From assembly GCF_006345805.1 (NCBI RefSeq), contig NW_021823977.1:1-20492 (forward strand): a stretch of 20,492 nt of DNA, written 5' to 3'. Positions 18,281 to 20,492 of the stretch are shown piece after piece (the first letter of the stretch is position 1; each line of letters begins with the position of its first letter). This DNA comes from Octopus sinensis (taxonomy: Eukaryota). The notes below the pieces were generated by a model, which saw only the letters and a list, made by a program, of their open reading frames with translations, did no database searches and was not told where the DNA came from. The position numbers and the translations under genes are program-made.

Positions 18281-20141
18281 TATTCAGTAGTCTTATTTTT
18301 ATAGCGTGCTTTCCGAGCGCAGCTCTGTATGCCTTGGTTATGTGCTGTAGTTTGTTGTGATGCTCATATGGTTACTGTATTGAAAGTGTTTTGCGCTGGA
18401 TGTGTGCAGTAGCCAGTAGTGCAATTTTCTCTATGTAATATATATTTGTAAGTCCTGGTGTTTTTGTTATGTATTTATCTGAATATGTTTTTATCATACC
18501 TAATGCGCCTACTATGATAAGAATTGTTTCTGTTTTTAGATTCCACATTGGAGTTACCTCTGTTTCCAGGTCTTTGTATTTTGAAAGTTTCTCCATTTCT
18601 TTTAGAGCCACGTTGTCTTCTGCTGGTATTGATACATCAATTATAAAGTATTTTTTCCTTCATGATCTCTGACAACTATATCTGGTCTGTTGGCCTTAAT
18701 TTCTCTATCTGTGTGTATCGGCATATCGCAAAGTATGGTTGCTTTCTCGTTTTCTGTGACCGTTTCTGCTGTATGCCTCTATCATCTTTTTTATGTTGTT
18801 ATTCCATAGTGTTGGCATAGATTCCAGTGTATGTAGGTCCCAACTCTGTCGTGTCCGTGAATATATTTCTTCTTAGCCAGGACTAGGCAGCCAGAGATAA
18901 TATGATTTATTGTTTCTTGTCCATCTCCACATATTCTGCAGTTACTTGTAATATTTCGTTTCATTACATGTTTTTGGTAATTTCTTGTGGGGAGGCTTTG
19001 GTCTTGTGCTGGCAATTAAAAACCTTCTGTCTCTGCTTTGAGTCCTGAGCTTCTCAACTATTGCTGGGATTTTTCTCTTTGTCTATTTCTTTTTGCATTA
19101 GTTTAGTCCAGTATTTGCCATGAAGGGACTTTTCTGCCATCGTTTATCATGGTTCGTTGCTGTTCTATTTTTAGTTGGATTTCATTTGTTTTATAGGTTT
19201 TGTTTCTTCTTTCTTCTTCTTCTTCTTCTTCTTCTTCTCTTCTTCTTCTTCTTCTTCTTCTCTTCTTCTTCTTCTTCTTCTCTTCTTCTTCTCTTCTTCT
19301 TTTCTTGTCTCTTCTCTCTTCTTCTTCTTCTTCTTCTTCTTCTTCTTCTTCTTCATATTTGTTAGGTAGTAGAACAAGTCTTTATTTTGCTCGTGTTTTG
19401 CGGTTATTTCTATCAGTTTTCCTTCCTTCTGAAGTAGATATTTTTGCAGTCCTATGGTGGTTATTTTATAATAGTTTTCCAGCTCTATAAGGCCTCTATC
19501 ACATTCTATACGTTGTATATGTCAGATTTCTATGTCAGATTTTGTGTAGTGCATCCTAGATCCTGTCAATACTTTTGTTTTCTTATCTATTTTGGTCAGT
19601 TCATTTAGTGTCCAGTTAAGGATATTGTAGCTGTAAATTATAACTGGGACGGCTAAAGTGTTAATACCTATTATCTTGTTTTTAGCATTGAGCTCTGTTT
19701 TTAGTATTGACCTAACTCGTCCATAGTATTCTTTCTTTATTTTCTCTTTCATTTGTGTGCGTTGTATCATATCTAAATCATTGATTCCTAAATATTTGTG
19801 TTTGGCTTTGGTCTAATTCTCTTATTTCATTGGCTTTATCTAGTGTGATGTTGCTACTCTTAACTAGTTTTCCTGTTTTCAGTGTACCTTTGGCGCATTT
19901 TTCTAATCCAAATTTCATATCTATTATCTTTGGTAAATCCATGAACTGTCTTTATTAGTGTTTCCAGTGCTTGTCATTTGGCAGCGTATAGTTTTAGGTC
20001 ATCCATATATAAAAGTGGCTGATCGTTTTGGCCGTAACATTTATATCCGCATCCAGTTCTATTTAACATATCAGATAGAGGTGTCAGTGCCAGCAGAAAA
20101 GGAGTGGAGAGTGCGTGTCTCCCTAGAATATTCATCTTCTA
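18281..20141 (-). mobile_element. R4/Dong-clade LINE (subfamily D), 5'-truncated within RT: RT C-terminal half, CCHC, RLE and 3' UTR; inactivated
   Basis: The minus strand has IF*GDTHSPLLFC, SHF/LYMDDLKLY (YMDD 19998-20009), KFGLEKCAK, YKYLGI-like THKYLGI, KKEYYGRVRSILKTELNAKNKI, LHGKY, ETEGFLIA.QDQSLPTRNY, CRICGDGQETINHIISGC, NRPDIVVRD..IIDVSIP..KYKDLE and ALLATAHIQRKTLSIQ*. (TAA)n lies on both sides. Confidence 0.95.
19204..19354. repeat. (TTC)n expansion inside the Dong ORF
   Basis: Direct reading. Dong-like coding sequence continues on both sides. Confidence 0.95.
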
Positions 20142-20158
20142 TGTTATTATTATTATTA

Positions 20159-20192
<34 letters not shown>

Positions 20193-20222
20193 GTTATTAT
20201 TATCATTATTATTACTATTATT
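20142..20222. repeat. (TTA)n microsatellite
   Basis: Direct reading. Confidence 0.97.
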
Positions 20223-20411
20223 AACAGAATCGTACGCACACCGGGTAAAATGCATAGCAGTATTTCGTCCGCCTTTATATTCTAGGTTCAAATTCCGTTG
20301 CTGAGGTCGACTTTGCCTTTCATCCTTTCAAGGTCGAAAATTGAGTACCAGTTAAGAACTGGAGTCGATTATATTTTCCCCCTCCCCAAAATTTCAGACC
20401 TTTTGCCATAT
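20223..20411 (+). mobile_element. tRNA-derived SINE (family 3), a few 5' bases missing, followed by a (TTA)n tail to the window end
   Basis: Reads CAGAATCGTACGCACACCGGGTAAAATGC...GGTTCAAATTCC (B box 20285-20296)...GAGGTCGACTTTGCCTTTCATCCTTTC...GTACCAGTT...AAATTTCAGACCTT...GAAAGG, then TTA repeats. Confidence 0.88.
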
Positions 20412-20492
20412 GTAGAAAGGACTCTGATTATTATTATCATTTTTATCATTATTATTATTATTATTATTATCTGTAGTAGTAGTATTATTAGT

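Overview
This is repeat-dominated eukaryotic DNA with no supportable host protein-coding exon and no rRNA, true tRNA gene or CRISPR array. The SINE and repeat families look like ones I recall from octopus/cephalopod genomes; this is an inference, not a database result. The window is a nested set of retroelements sitting in microsatellites. (1) At least five R4/Dong-clade non-LTR fragments (RT YMDD, CCHC knuckle, PD..D..K restriction-like endonuclease) come from four different 3'-UTR subfamilies and end in, or are embedded in, (TAA)n. (2) A 5'-truncated, internally deleted Tx1/L1-clade LINE is flanked on both sides by (GATA)n, and an older Tx1-like relic lies further on. (3) There are five tRNA-derived SINE copies from three families and one Helentron-associated (HINE/DINE-1-like) element. 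(4) Two copies of a ~540-bp non-coding TAA-embedded element form a ~90%-identical inverted repeat around a SINE. (5) A ~270-bp non-coding element carries a recognisable type I hammerhead ribozyme motif, and a second, decayed hammerhead remnant is possible. Nearly all ORFs in the supplied track are microsatellite artefacts or fragments of these dead elements. Coordinates were read by eye and may be off by a few bases.
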